DNA of 64,000 nucleotides from Massalongia carnosa (taxonomy: Eukaryota): assembly GCA_965645245.1 (NCBI GenBank), contig OZ287085.1, positions 1,054,001 to 1,118,000 of the forward strand. Reading direction: 5' to 3'. Below the pieces are notes generated by a model. That model made no database searches and was not told where the DNA came from. It saw only the letters and a list, made by a program, of their open reading frames with translations. Both the position numbers and the translations under genes were made by a program. Each line of letters opens with the position of its first letter. Position 1 is the stretch's first letter. This document shows positions 1 through 12,866 of this stretch, piece after piece.

Positions 1-670
1 AACGCTCTTCAAGATCCTTTATATCCTGCTTATGCGTGGTGCTTATCCAGCCCAGTATCTGTAGAGCCCTGCTTCCCCATTTTGCTTTTGACGATCCTTC
101 AAAGGGCGTTCCTAGGAAGACGACTCCAATCGTTCTCTCAACGAGGGTAGTGCTAGATATGTCAGTACCGTTGTGCCTTGACAGCGCATTGGCGCACACG
201 AGACCCCTTAGGCTGTGCGAGACGAAAATAATCGGCCGTTCAGCCTGGACATAGACATCCTATTAGCATATTTCTGGTGGAAAGGTAGGGGTGCACCAAT
301 TCTTATAGTTTTGGTTTTCTCGCGGAGACCGATTAGGCCCTGGAACATTGCAGCCGCGTGATCATCAATAGTCAAATGCTCCGGGATGAATTTCGGTCCA
401 ACAAACGGATAGAAGTGAGCAAAGTCCGCATTGTACCCAAAAGAAGGATGCGAGCTGTTGGGGCTTGAGATAAGAGATCTTGCGGCCACAACAGCGATTT
501 ATCTAGACCCTCCCATGTCCAAGTTTTCACTGTCGCCGAACCCGTGGACGAAGACAATACTGTTTGGTCAGTACAAAGCAACCCGGACAAGAAATGACAT
601 CTGGTCCGTACTCTATATTCGCCTCTGGAGAATCAAAGAGGGGGTCGCCTAATCCATACGGTTCGGCCAT
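1..670 (-). pseudogene. SesB-like alpha/beta-hydrolase, copy A (5' part only; frameshifted, intron-2 donor mutated GT>AT)
   Basis: Mirror of 20238-20907. Encodes MAEPYG, IVFVHG, FGYNADF, IIFVSHSLRGL and GVVFLGTPFEGS, with the same lesions as copy B. Confidence 0.8.
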
Positions 671-1012
671 GCTGGCGTTGTCGTCGCAATACTACAGAGG
701 AGTCGTGCTTCAAATTTAGCACTATAACTTATGCGAGATAATCGTGATACCGCCTGCATGGAGAGACCAGGCGCTTCAGCACGTGCATAGCCTTGGCTCT
801 ATCTGCCATCTATCCCGCATGATGGCGGGGTGCCCTCCATCGGCGAGTCCGTACCTATATTTATACTTAGAGATGAACAGTGCCTTTGGGAAGTCTAGGG
901 CGTTGACTTTCTGACCGAACCTATGTGCGGTCTGAGCACGGTAAAGATAAGAGTTTTCAGTCTTATTCAATATAGCCTATAGCTCTAATGTCTACAATCT
1001 TCTGACACTGCA
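671..1012. promoter_or_regulatory. Short divergent intergenic region between hydrolase and NLR (probable bidirectional promoter)
   Basis: The two ATGs are head-to-head and 342 bp apart. The spacing is 343 bp in copies B (19895-20237) and C (32134-32476). A TATAAATA lies on the hydrolase-facing strand. Confidence 0.55.
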
Positions 1013-4000
1013 ATGGCCGGCAACACGCTAGCAGTCTCTACAGGCGCGAAGGATTTTGGCACCATTTCTGGCAACCAAGGCGCTGTGGTCGGTGACGTCT
1101 CAGGCCATGCGAAAGTGATTGGTCTGGGTCCTGTTCACATCGATATTGATCTTATGCTAAATCCTGATCAGGATCTCAGATATACAGTATTGTTCAATAT
1201 CCAGGCAAGTCGGCATTCGCAATGATATAGCGTTCTGTGAGCCAAGGCTGATAGCATTCTGCGTTTGTAGAAAGACCCGATACCCCACCAAGCCCATCAT
1301 CTACTGTTCCTTTCCGCCGCGACTCTGATTTCGTCGATCGCGGAAAGCTACTTGATCAGATCCACGAAAAGTGCTCCGCGCCAGCGTCAAGGGTAGCGCT
1401 TGTCGGCCTAGGCGGCGTTGGGTAAGCCAAAGGGCCTCAGGCTAGTTCTAATAGCTTACTTTCGCAAAGAAAGTCGCAGCTCGCCATCGAATACTGCTAT
1501 CGAATCAGAGAGCAGTTACCGGCGACGTGGGTTTTCTGGATACACGCCAGCAACGCAGCCCGTATCGAGCAAGGTTATAGAGAGATTGCAGAGCGAGTCA
1601 AGATTCCTGGCAGGGGGGACCCAAAGGCGGACATATTCCGGCTAGTTGACAAGTGGTTACGTGACGAGAAGAACGGAAAGTGGGCTCTGGTCCTCGACAA
1701 TGCCGACGAAGCTACTGTGCTTTTCGAAACTTGTGTTACGGGCCAGAAGACGCAGGCCAGCGGCTCTAGCGGCGGATCCATGCAATCACAGTTAGCATAT
1801 CTACCTCAGAGCCGAAACGGCTCGATTCTCATCACCTGCCGGACCAAAAGCGTGGCATTGCAGCTAGCGGAAGCAAATGACATAATACCGATTGAGCCGA
1901 TGAATCATACACATGCGCTAACGCTTCTTGAAAAGAAGCTGGGAGAACAGACCGATAGAGAAGATACTTCTGAGCTAGCAGTAGCACTTGAATTTATGCC
2001 GCTTGCCATTGTTCAAGCGGCTGCATACATTCGACTAAGAGTACCAAGATATTCTGTACGACAGTACATAGATGAGTTTCATAAGAATGATAAAAAAAGA
2101 ACTAGTCTTTTGAATCACGAAGCGGGACATCTTCGCAGGGACCGTGAGGCTAAAAACTCGATCATTATAACCTGGCAAATATCGTTTGATCATATTCATC
2201 AGACTAGGCCTTCGGCGGCTAATCTGCTGTCGCTTATGAGCTTTTTCGATCGACAGGGAATTCCGGAGGCTTTACTCAAGACACAAAATGAGGCAGGAAA
2301 TGAAAATACGGGAGAAAATGCTGGAGATGACGAAGATGATGACCACGAAGACGATAGCGATGAGGATACCGTATCCGATTCCAACGTTGACAAGTTTGAA
2401 AACAACATACTTATCTTGAGAGACTATTCATTCATCACCATCAGCATGGATGGAACTACCTTTGAGATGCACGGGCTAGTGCAGCTAGCCATCAGAAAGT
2501 GGCTAGAAGCATCTAATCAGCTCGAAAGATGGAAGCAGCAGTTCATCAAGAATCTCAGTACAGTATTTCCGACGGGAAAGTACGAGAATTGGACAAAGTG
2601 TCAAGCGCTTTTTCCTCACGCAAAGTCGGCAGTAGCACAGCAGCCAGCTGTCGAAAGCTCATTACAAGATTGGGCCTTGATACTATATCACGCTGCGTGG
2701 TATGCGTTGGCGAAAGGGAGTTACGTTGAAGCAGCGACAATGGCCTTAAAAGCAACAAGAACCAGGCAAAAAGTGCTGGGTCTAGAGGATGAAAAGACAT
2801 TGGAGAGTATGGCTATGCTAGCCATGGCATACAGCCATGGAGGGCGACCAAAGGAGGCAGAAAAGCTGGAGGTGCAAGTGATGGAGACGAGAAAGAGGGT
2901 GCTAGGGACGGAGCATCCACACACGCTGACCAGCATGAGCAACCTTGCGTCGACGTATTCGAATCAAGGACGATGGACGGAGGCCGAAGAGCTGGGGTTG
3001 CAAGTGATGGAGAAGAGTGCGAGGGTGCTAGGGACGGAGCATCCAGACACGCTGACCAGCATGAGCAACCTTGCATCGACGTATTCGAATCAAGGACGAT
3101 GGACGGAGGCCGAAGAGCTGAAGGTGCAAGTGATGGAGACGAGTGCGAGGGTGCTAGGGACGGAGCATCCTTCCACGCTGATGAGCATGAGCAACCTTGC
3201 GGCGACGTACGGGAATCAAGGACGATGGACGGAGGCCGAAGAGCTGGAGGTGCAAGTGATGGAGACGAGAAAGAGGGTACTAGGGACGGAGCATCCACAC
3301 ACGCTGACCAGCATGAGCAACCTTGCGTCGACGTATTCGGATCAAGGACGATGGACGAAGGCCGAAGAGCTGAAGGTGCAAGTGATGGAGACGAGAAAGA
3401 GGGTACTAGGGACGGAGCATCCACACACGCTGATGAGCATGGGCAACCTTGCGTTGACGTATTCGAATCAAGGACGATGGACGGAGGCCAAAGAGCTGGG
3501 GGTGCAAGGGATGGAGACGAGAAAGAGGGTGCTAGGGACGGAGCATCCACACACGCTGATGAGCATGGGCAACCTTGCGTCGACGTATCGGAATCAAGGA
3601 CGATGGACGGAGGCCGAAGAGCTAGAGGTGCAAGTGATGGAGACGAGTGCGAGGGTGCTAGGGACGGAGCATCCTTCCACGCTGACCAGCATGAGCAACC
3701 TTGCGTCGACGTATTTCAATCAAGGACGATGGACGGAGGCCGAAGAGCTGGGGGTGCAAGTGATGGAGACGATAAAGAGGGTGCTAGGGACGGAGCATCC
3801 AGACACACTGATCAGCATGAGCAACCTTGCGTCGACGTATTCGAATCAAGGACGATGGACGGAGGCCGAAGAGCTGGAGGTGCAAGTGATGGAGACGAAA
3901 AAGAGGGTGCTAGGGACGGAGCATCCTTCCACGCTGACTAGCATGAACAACCTTGCGTTGACGTATTCGAATCAAGGACGATGGACGGAGGCCGAAGAGC

Positions 4001-4245
4001 TGGGGGTGCAAGTGATGGAGACGAAAAAGAGGGTGCTAGGGACGGAGCATCCTTCCACGCTGACTAGCATGAACAACCTTGCATTCACGTGGAAGTCTCA
4101 AGGCCGCAATGATGAGGCTCTCTCACTGCTAAAGGAATGTTTTGAGCTAAGAAAACACAAATTGGGTCCTCAACATCCTGATACAGAGTCTTCGCTTGAG
4201 GCTCTCAATGGGTGGCAGATGAAGAGTTTATCATTGGAGTCTTAA
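1013..4245 (+). CDS. Fungal NLR (short N-terminal motif - NB-ARC - TPR), copy A, ~1022 aa; exons 1013-1121, 1172-1204, 1271-1421, 1470-4245
   Basis: Splicing gives VPFRRDSDFVDR...ALVGLGGVG|KSQLAIEY (Walker A split by a 48-nt GT-AG intron), Walker B WALVLDNAD, LEFMPLAIVQAAAYI and MHGLV. These are followed by 10 near-identical 42-aa TPR units (VLGTEHPxTLxSMxNLAxTYxNQGRWTEAEEL). No internal stops. Confidence 0.92.
2872..4132 (+). repeat. 126-bp tandem TPR-coding repeats (10 units) in NLR A
   Basis: GTEH occurs 10 times at 42-aa spacing, with very high nucleotide identity between units. Confidence 0.95.
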
Positions 4246-4412
4246 AGCGATTAATATAAATCAGAACCAAATCCCATTCTTCTTGAAACTTAACTGTTTG
4301 AGCGTTTGGTGAATAAAGCAGCGTAAGAATGCTACTTTTTATTTTGTCCAAAGCTGAAAGCTCAGAACATGAGTGACAGAACGATCGAGCTCGCTGACGC
4401 ACGCGACTACCC

Positions 4413-4691
4413 CTAGGTTTTGAACTCGCCCGCGGTAGCAGAAAGGCCTAAGCGGTGTGCTCGAACTGTTCCAAATAGCAGGCAGTCGTCAAACCTTCTC
4501 CCTTGAGCATTCGTCTCCGCGCCCTTGTCTAGCAACATCTCCGCCACCTTCTCGTGGTCTAGTTCCGCTGCCCATATTAACGCTGTCCGCCCGTGCTGAG
4601 CTTGTGCCTCCAGCTGTACCAATTTAGCACTCATGATCATGCTCAGGATTAATTCGTGTCTATTGAACGCTGCAAGCCTGTTGTCATTCAT
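4413..4691 (-). pseudogene. Ankyrin-repeat gene remnant, copy A
   Basis: HGRTALIWAAELDHEKVAEMLLDKGAETNAQG is one clear ankyrin repeat. No longer ORF is present. Confidence 0.6.
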
Positions 4692-5550
4692 GACTGGCAG
4701 GTCTTCATATCATGATAAAGCCCGCCATAGCGAGTGAAATCATAGTCGAAATTCATTATCTTCTACTCGGCACAGTTCACGAGTCTTTGATACAACTGCA
4801 TCTTTCAGCTCGAAAGCAGCATTTCGGAAACGAGCCGCCGAATGTTCAGAACCTGATGTTGCTGTATCTCGAGCCGCATTTGACTTGTCAGACTAGACAC
4901 ATTTTGCATGATAGGCGGAATTTATGCTGCTTCTCAACAATGCTTGGAGGTTTGATTTTCTTGCACATATTTTGGCAACTTCGATGAAAAGCATCGCTCT
5001 TGCTTCTGATTGAAATCAGTATTATGAATTCATCCGTTATAGCAGTTCAGAATCTACTGCATTTTGAGGCTTGATAACCCGACTCTCGCTTGTGATAGGA
5101 TTGGCGATGATTTATGTACTTTATCGCAAGTGATTAGAACGTCATGGGGCGGCAAGTATATATTTTCAAAGAAATCGGATTGCGTATCAGCACTCCAGTG
5201 TGGAATACGCTCAAGTTAATGGTTTTATGCATATGACTGTGATAGTGAATACTACTATACGGCAGACACGTTCATAAATTAAGGTGTTGATTCATATTGG
5301 GCTTAAAGTGGAGATGAAGTCTTGTCTAATCTTCTCGTATATAGCTCGTTCAGCAGATCATTGTCTCATTTCGTCGTAATCATCATTATCATCACTCATG
5401 CAAGTCATGATGTTATTCTATTAGCGCTTGAACTCTTTCTCATACAATTCATTTCTCCTAGATCACACCATATACATTCATATTAACTGATAGAGGTCAT
5501 TTCAGGCTGAATCAGCAAGTCAGATTTCGATTGTCAGATTAAATGCTTCG

Positions 5551-7903
5551 CTACTGACCTCCACTGCTGACTCCTAAATGTTTCACCGCCTCAATCACGT
5601 TCCTCAAACCTTCCTCCCTCTTTGCAAACGACCAAGACCACTTCCTCACACTCTCCGAATCAATCCTTTCCTCTAACGCCTGATTCCGAGCCTTGATCTG
5701 CTCGTTCACGAATCGTTCTCTCACACTCCCCGTCATACTCTGAATATGTAACATGCGATCAATGACCTCGATACCAAGACCATACCTATCGGTCCCATTG
5801 TGAATAGCCAGCTTCAGCTGGGTGTCATGGTTTCCTTTCTCCCTCTACCCATGAACATGTAGGTTGGCTCCCGCGCCAGGACGCTTGTATATCAAGCGGT
5901 GAATCATCCAATGGTAGGAATGACAATTGAAGATCACAGGCTTGTCGGATGCGAAAATAGAGGAGTACTGCACATCGCTAAGGCCCTGGGAATGTTGTTC
6001 TGGGGATATGAGCTTGAAAAGATCGACCACATTGACAAATCGTATTTGGAGATCCGAGTGCCTTTTGTGCAATGTGCGAAGGCGTCATCCATGGAGAGGT
6101 ATGGTAGGTGGTTTTGCTTATCTGCTACGATGCTGTGGAGATAGTTACCATCAGGTGGGAGGTAGATTCGCACGACTTCCGGACTCTTGTTCGCTACAAC
6201 GTCGAGAAACCAGGAACTTGGTGCGTAAAGCCGTTGTGATCTTGTCGCCAAACTGTGGCGGTTATGAGGATGTTGAGGGAGGAAACCTTGGCTCGTCATT
6301 CGACTTCGTTGCATTGCTCGAGTCATTTGCAATGTTGGTTGATCATAGAGTCAATGACGTGGACGAAGGACTCGTAGGTCTTAAGGAGACCGTGGCGGCC
6401 TAACAGATGTAGCCTTCTAGCCATCTTTCAACTGTATGCTTGCTGAGCATTTTCATGATACGCCCGCTGAAGACTAGATTTCCGCCATCTGCATGCTCGT
6501 CCATATAATCGCCTATTCAAACCTTCTTAGAAACTTTGTACAGCTCTTCAAGCTGGTTTCATTCCGTCTCGTCCGGGCCGAATATGCGCAGATTCTGCAT
6601 ATTTGCTGCGAGGAGTTCTCGCAAGAAGATTGTCATATTGAACAAGCTTGGGTCATCTGTAACTCTAGGCATAATTTGATTGAATTTGAACCCTCAGAAG
6701 TCTGGCATACCTAACGCCTTTGCAGTACACCACCACTGCCGACGGAATTCGCACTCATACGATGAATGCCGCTTGATGCAAGTTGCTTCAGTTCAGGAAT
6801 CAGCCGTGCCTCTTCATCGAAGACTTCTTCCGGCTTGTAGCTAGCTACACATCCATTATTCAAGTACAGCGAGGTGCTTTGGATAGGTATCCACATCGAT
6901 AACTGAATTCTGATGAGCTCGCTAGAAGCCCTCGAGGTAGTGATCATCAACTTGTCGTGGTGCGGTCCATCCCTTCGGGCTGCTGAGGATGATCATAGGT
7001 CAGTGTGAACGGAAAGCTTTACCTGAGACGCGAACCTGATCTTGTTGATTGCGGATCTCGAGGACGCAACGCTTCATGATAGCTGCCATTGCTTGATGCA
7101 TGATCGCATGATCACTTCCTTCAACGAAGTATGGTGTTCACTCATAGCCGATGAAGAGTCATTCCAACTCCTTGTGGCTTATCCTTGACAAGATCGATGA
7201 GTCATAGATCTTATTCACTGAGATGCAACACAGAAAGAGCTGCATTATCGTTGATGAAGTTGAGATACTTAAGGTTGTGCCAACTGATGACTAGAGAACT
7301 TGTCTCCGCTTCAAGATCCTCAACCATCGTCAACGTTATAGTATTAGGATTGTCGAACACAGTTCTAAAAGCATGAAAAATCGAGTAAACGAGCTCCTCG
7401 CCTTCATGCACACGTGCTGGAGTCTCAGGAGTAGCATGGATATCAACTCCGCCTGGGAAAGGAGAGCTGCTTGAAGAACTTCCTCATGCCCTCTACATCC
7501 TCAGTGATATCAGGATAGACTTCCGAGTAAGTCCCTCGAGATAGGCCTGAGAGAGCACAGCAGAAGCGCCATGTCCAGATCCAGATATGAAAAGGGTGTT
7601 CAAGCCATATTGCTTGATCAATCGATTCATATGAATCCATGTGAAAGCTTGACCTGCATCTGAGCCCCAGTGTCCCAGCCAACGAGCTTTGAGATGTTGA
7701 ACTCCAAGAGGCTCCTTCAAGAGAGGATTCTGGCGTAGATAAAGCAAGCGGAGACATAAATAGAGGCTGGCTGAGAAGTAGGCGTCCATCCGACGAACCT
7801 CATCTTCGCCGAGGGGCTCGCCTTTGACTGTTCAGCGAGCGGGGCCGTATGAAGAATTATTTCCCACTACTGCGTGAGTAGTGTCATCTGTACTCCGCGC
7901 CAT
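5551..7903 (-). pseudogene. xfp: Xylulose-5-P/fructose-6-P phosphoketolase pseudogene, copy A
   Basis: Fragments [54 protein letters not shown] and NLHVHG. Many stops and frameshifts, plus a private ~125-bp deletion near 6060. Confidence 0.9.
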
Positions 7904-8237
7904 GGCGTTCTATGCCTTATTGTCAGGATCTGTATCCGTCAATGAATGAGCTGAATTGAGTATGAGAGCAACGACCAGCTTTGTTTACGGTACGCCTTGA
8001 GTTCGCGTGCCTCTCCCGGCTCGTACGATTTATGACATTTGCGGCGAAAGGCTCATCCCGCCGTTTCCACTTAACACCTGACCTCAACCTCACACGTGCC
8101 ATACTAAGCTACATCTGGCCATATATTTTCCATCATTCAGCCCATTTACTTGGTAATATTACAACAAGTTTGCTATCTCGGAGACCAACTCGATCAACAC
8201 TGCATCACAACATCGTCTTCGTCCACCAACCCCAAAG

Positions 8238-9264
8238 ATGCCCTCCTCCAGCACAAGCATAGCCATCATCGGCGCCGGTTCCGTCGGCTCCTCCATCGCT
8301 CACTCCCTTCTCCTCCGCCGCCTCGTCGGCGAGCTCATCCTCGTCGACATCGACCAAAACCGCTGCCGCGCGCAAATCCTCGACCTCTCCGATGCTTCCT
8401 ATCTCTCTCACGTACGAGTCAAGCACGGGGATCATGTTTCTGCAGGTCAAGCAGATATCATCATCATTACAGCGGGCGCGAAGCAGAATCCTGGAGAGTC
8501 AAGGTTGGATCTCGTGGATAGAAACTTCAAGATTCTACAAAGTGTGCTAGGGGGGATGCAGCCGATTAGGAAGGATGCGGTTCTCCTGCTTGTGGCGAAT
8601 CCCGTGGACGTCTTGACGCATTTTGCGCAGAAGCTTTCGGGGCTGCCGAGAGAGCAGGTGTTGGGGAGTGGGACATTGCTGGATTCTATCCGACTGAGGA
8701 GTCAGATTGCTGAGAAGCTAGGGGTGAGTGGCTCGGTGTCCCGTTGAAGATGAGGGGACTGATGGCGGTGCAGGTCGCCGACTCAAATATCAGTGCACAT
8801 ATCCTCGGCGAGCATGGAGACTCTCAATTCGTGCGTCTCACCTTTCCCTTCCTTTGCCACCCTACTCACACGCATCTCAGGTCCACTGGTCAGCCGTCTC
8901 TGTCGCCGGTGCCCCCCTCTCCACTCTACTCACCCTCACTCTTGACGAACGTCAAACTATCGCAACAATCGTCAAGTCTAAAGCCATGGACATCATCGCC
9001 TCCAAAGGCTTCACCGCCTACGGCATCAGCGCAGCAGCGACCTCGATTTGTGAAGCTATCGTCTACGATCAGCATCAGATCTTCCCACTCAGTCACTGGC
9101 AAGAGGATTTACAGTGCTGTTTGAGTCTTCCAGCGGTTTGGGGGAGGTCAGGCCTTGTGAAGACGGTGAAGATACAGTTGAATGAGGAGGAGAGAAGGCT
9201 GGTTACCGAGTCGGCGAAGCAGTTGAGGAGTGTTATTGAGCATTGTTTGAAGAATCATTCGTAG
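8238..9264 (+). CDS. ldh: L-lactate dehydrogenase, 308 aa; exons 8238-8723, 8774-8830, 8881-9264
   Basis: IGAGSVG Rossmann motif, TAGAKQNPGESRLDL (Gln at the LDH specificity position), VANPVD, SGTLLDSIR and GEHGDSQ. Two 50-nt GT-AG introns restore one open frame. Confidence 0.9.
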
Positions 9265-10824
9265 CTCGGTTATGAAAGAATGAGATGAGATTTGAGACGA
9301 GCTAAGAGAAAGAGTCGGGCAAAAGTTATTGACTATTGTGAATTGATGAACATGCTAAACTACGAAAACCACATTGCCATTACCGCATTTCTATCCAATT
9401 CGTTCCTTAGGAAGCCGGAGACCTGATGATTGAGTCCGGGATGCTTGGCCGAGCTGATGAGTCAGTAGGATTTTTAGCCATCTAAGTTCGACTTGAATTA
9501 AGTGGTCTTGTAATCCAATTGATAGGATACATCTACCACGAAACCGCGAACTGAGTATTCCATACCCACTTATATCCCCCTTTGATCAACACAATCCGGG
9601 AACCTCCTGCTGATAACTCGAGTACACCGACAATACAACGATCTCTTGATCGTCATTATCCACGTCTACTTTCCGTTACTCAACCCAACCCAAATCCTTA
9701 CCGCATAAGAATCTACAATCAATCCTCAGCAACCACCAGAATCGCATCTATACGACCAGTCCTTGCAGATAGATCCAAACATCATCCAGGGGCTTCAGAT
9801 ATGTGCTGAAGAAACTTTATTTACCAAAACCCTTGACAGCCAGCCCCAAAACTTTCCCTATACGTATGACATTCGAGTAGCGCTGATACAGAGATGACCA
9901 AACAAATCAAGAGGCATTCTCATAACATTATCAACAATAATACAGATCATCTTTCTCCCCATCTCGCGGAGCACCGATCTCAATGCCTGGCAGGTTTCCG
10001 GAACCGCCGCTGCCCCTCGCCTTAATACCAAGACGGAGACGTTCTCTCATCTCGCCGCATCATAGAGACTGCTTCGTATTGCATCACGTGGAGTTGGAGT
10101 TCGAGAAGGGAGAACAGTTCGGAAAAGTGGCGAGCTCGGGAGTGTTGGAATTTTGAGGGAAGGTGGAGATATCAAGAAGAAGCCGTCAACTAAGATGAAA
10201 GATGAAAAATGCAGTGAAGAGGAGGGCTTGGCGAGAGGCGATAGTTTCAAGGGAGATGGGGATGGGGATGGGAGTGAGCCTGGGACCAGTAGCGAGGTCT
10301 TTAGGCGGAGGAAATCAAGTGGGACTTGTGCGTGACTGGCGGCTTGGAGGCAAAAGCAAAACGCGAATTCGCGGTAGGGCGTGGCGTGAAGGTGGCAGTA
10401 GGTGGGGTTGCGATTCCGAAGTGTGAGGTGAAGTCGATGACCATAACGATGATGAAGAATATCATGTGGCTGTTGAGGGGCCTTTGGCCTTCTGTAGTTC
10501 TACTTGCACCTGTGGTAGACGAAATACATTACTCTACTGTCATGTCCGAGATTCAAGATTCATTTGTCAATACTTCTTACGGATATGTGCTGTAGGGGAA
10601 AGACCTCCTCCAAAGGAACATATTTTAGCACAAGGAAATCTTGTAGCAGATCATCTTCGATGATTTTATGCTTAAATTGAGGTAGAAGAAGTTGAGAAAT
10701 CAGTCTGCCCTATACTTCATTTATCAAGAAGTATCATTGCCTATCTAAAGACATAAAGTCTCTGGTATAGCCAAGTCGATGATCTACCTACACGCCGAAA
10801 CTGTAATGCTCGTTGCCACAGTGC

Positions 10825-12207
10825 TTATTGAGATTGTGCTTCTACAGCGTGATCGCTCAATCCGACTGCCTCAAGGGCATTGCTAGGACCTCCAACCCGG
10901 CCAGGATAAGTAGCAGAATCTACGGCATTGAGAGAGGAATTCCTGATTTCGCCAGGATCCGCCCGACGTTGATAGTGTCCGGTCGACATTCCGCTCCCCA
11001 GAAGTCCAGCTTCCAAGTTCTTCGCGTCTCTAGCACGCCTTGTACTCTCGACATCGTGTGCCAATAACGTACCCCCATCATCGGAGGAAAACAAAGGCGA
11101 TTTCCAGTGATTCATCAGATGTGCAGTCAAGCCGATGAAGATTACGCCACCGAGTATGTTGCCCAATACTGCTGCAGACTGATTGTACCATAAACGACCA
11201 ATGGTTGATGGTGCTCCATACATGAGGCCGAGGGAGACGAAGAACACTGTCACCCTGTACATCAGCGATCCGAGGAAGGAAGAGTGACATACGTAACCGA
11301 CTGTTTGCCACGCAATGTTCGAAACCGCAGATGACGAACATGACGATTGGGAACCAAAGCGCCAGGATTTTACCAGCAGCTCCACGAGCTGCAATACCCA
11401 GCAAGAACGCCATGCAGACCATCATGTTGGCTGGGATGGCTCTCAAAAAAATTTCGACCCAGCCTGTTGAATATTTCAATCAACATTCATCCGTCAGACT
11501 CTAGGCAAAACCACTTACTCAGCTCTTCCAGCTTGAGGAGAACAACTCCATCGAGATAAGTCCGATATTGTTGATCATGGAACAGGCTGGTGAGGTAGCC
11601 AAGGAAATACGCTACCAGCAAGCAGCCAGCCCAATTCCCCACGTAGACAAGCATCAAGTTCAGTAGAAGCGAGCTTACACCTACGAATCGATTGTAGAAA
11701 CCTGTGGTGATCAGTAAGAGGAGTTGAAGCTGCTAGCATCGCCGCCCGACTTGCCAATCGCCAGAATCATTGTGTTTCCGGTGAACAGATCCCCACCAAA
11801 CATCGCAATAAAGTGTAGTGCTATACGACGTCATGAGAAACTTCAACTGAGGCTCAACAAGCAAGTGTTCACCGACCAAATGCGAAGAACGCCCCGTTCA
11901 GGAACTTTGGCAGCGAGGGCCAACGCGCTCTCACATCCTCTGGCACACCACCAGCGATGCTCACAGCTGTGAGACCGCCCAAGCCAACCCAGATTCCTGC
12001 CAGAAGGGCGAGGAAAAGCTGCTTGTCCGGCGGGTTGACCACCTTCCTCGTGGCATTATACAGCACGGCATCTTCGAGCAGTAAGCCGGAGAGCATGTCG
12101 GATGGTGCAGGTTGAAGACCCACAGCTGTTGGGGTATTCGAGGTCCAGTGTAGCCGGTGCTCACGGCTGGCCGCCACGTCTGGCGTTTCCTTGTCATGTT
12201 TATACAT
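10825..12207 (-). CDS. Formate-nitrite transporter (FNT) family channel, 5 exons, apparently intact (start ATG uncertain: 12222, 12207 or 12096)
   Basis: The spliced product contains LAGIWVGLGG, GGDLFTGN, VYVGNWAG, FLRAIPANMMVC, GKILALWFPI, GFEHCVANMFF and LGNILGG, which are FNT signature motifs. Confidence 0.88.
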
Positions 12208-12866
12208 ACACATCGCCGGCATGGAGCTATCGGGCTTGTCGTTCCAAGCTATGCGGGGTGGTAGCTGCGACGACAAAAGCACAGGTATGGAAAATTTGTG
12301 TCAAGTCGATCACAAGCGCAAAGCGGAATATATATAAATATAAATTTGCAGCTCATATTAGGTGTTCTAATCAGGGCCACTTTTATTCGCGTGTTTCATG
12401 ATGAAGTTCATGTAAATGTTACGCCGGAGGAGCGAAATCACGAGGCAGTTATCGCCAATCCGCTTAGCCAATTCTAGCAATGTACTAACTCCGATCGCTG
12501 TCATACTTCGTAATATATTGTAACCAATTGTTGAAATAGCACTAGGTATATGACTATGACTAATCGTGTCAAGAAACTAGTAGAAGTGTATGGCTAGACG
12601 TAGCTTAGTATGGCACGTGTGAGGTTGAGGTCAGGTGATGCTTAGTGAAAACGGCGGGATGAGCCTCAGATTCGCCGCAAATTTCATAAATCGTACGAGC
12701 GGGGTCATACGAGAGGCCAACTATCACCTTTTACATCTGTGCCTGTGCTTCTCGTCCTTGAAAATGTGAACTTAAGGCGTACCGTAAACAAAGCTGGTCG
12801 TTGCTCTTATACTCAACTCAGCTCATTCATACGGATACAGATCCTGGCAACAAGGTATAGAACGCC

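Larger units (their letters stand above)
1..8125 (-). repeat. Segmental duplication copy A (inverted relative to copies B and C; continues beyond the window start)
   Basis: Reverse complement matches ~12585-20907: position 1 mirrors 20907 and the NLR ATG at 1013 mirrors 19894. The ORF track shows mirrored ORFs throughout. Confidence 0.95.

Noticed and set aside
2813..3941. Long alternative-frame ORFs (MDGGRRAGGASDGD..., MDAPSLAPSFSS...), also at 16840-18094 and 29293-30340
   Set aside because: Shadow frames of the 126-bp TPR repeat. One stop-free unit repeated in tandem gives a long ORF automatically.
2872..4132. TPR arrays or the 72-bp Copia repeats as CRISPR arrays or DGR template/variable repeats
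   Set aside because: No unique spacers, no cas genes and no adenine-specific variation. The context is eukaryotic and every RT here belongs to an ordinary retrotransposon.
1717..4245. The 842-aa ORF (and its 842-aa and 825-aa paralogues) as complete proteins
   Set aside because: They begin at non-ATG codons and lack Walker A. The real genes begin three introns upstream.
5551..7903. xfp as a functional gene with many introns or recoding
   Set aside because: Stops fall at conserved Trp, Tyr and Gln codons without splice signals, and the copies carry private deletions or an LTR insertion.
9265..10800. Possible gene between ldh and FNT
   Set aside because: Only short ORFs with no recognisable motif. 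It may be a decayed gene but I cannot support a call.
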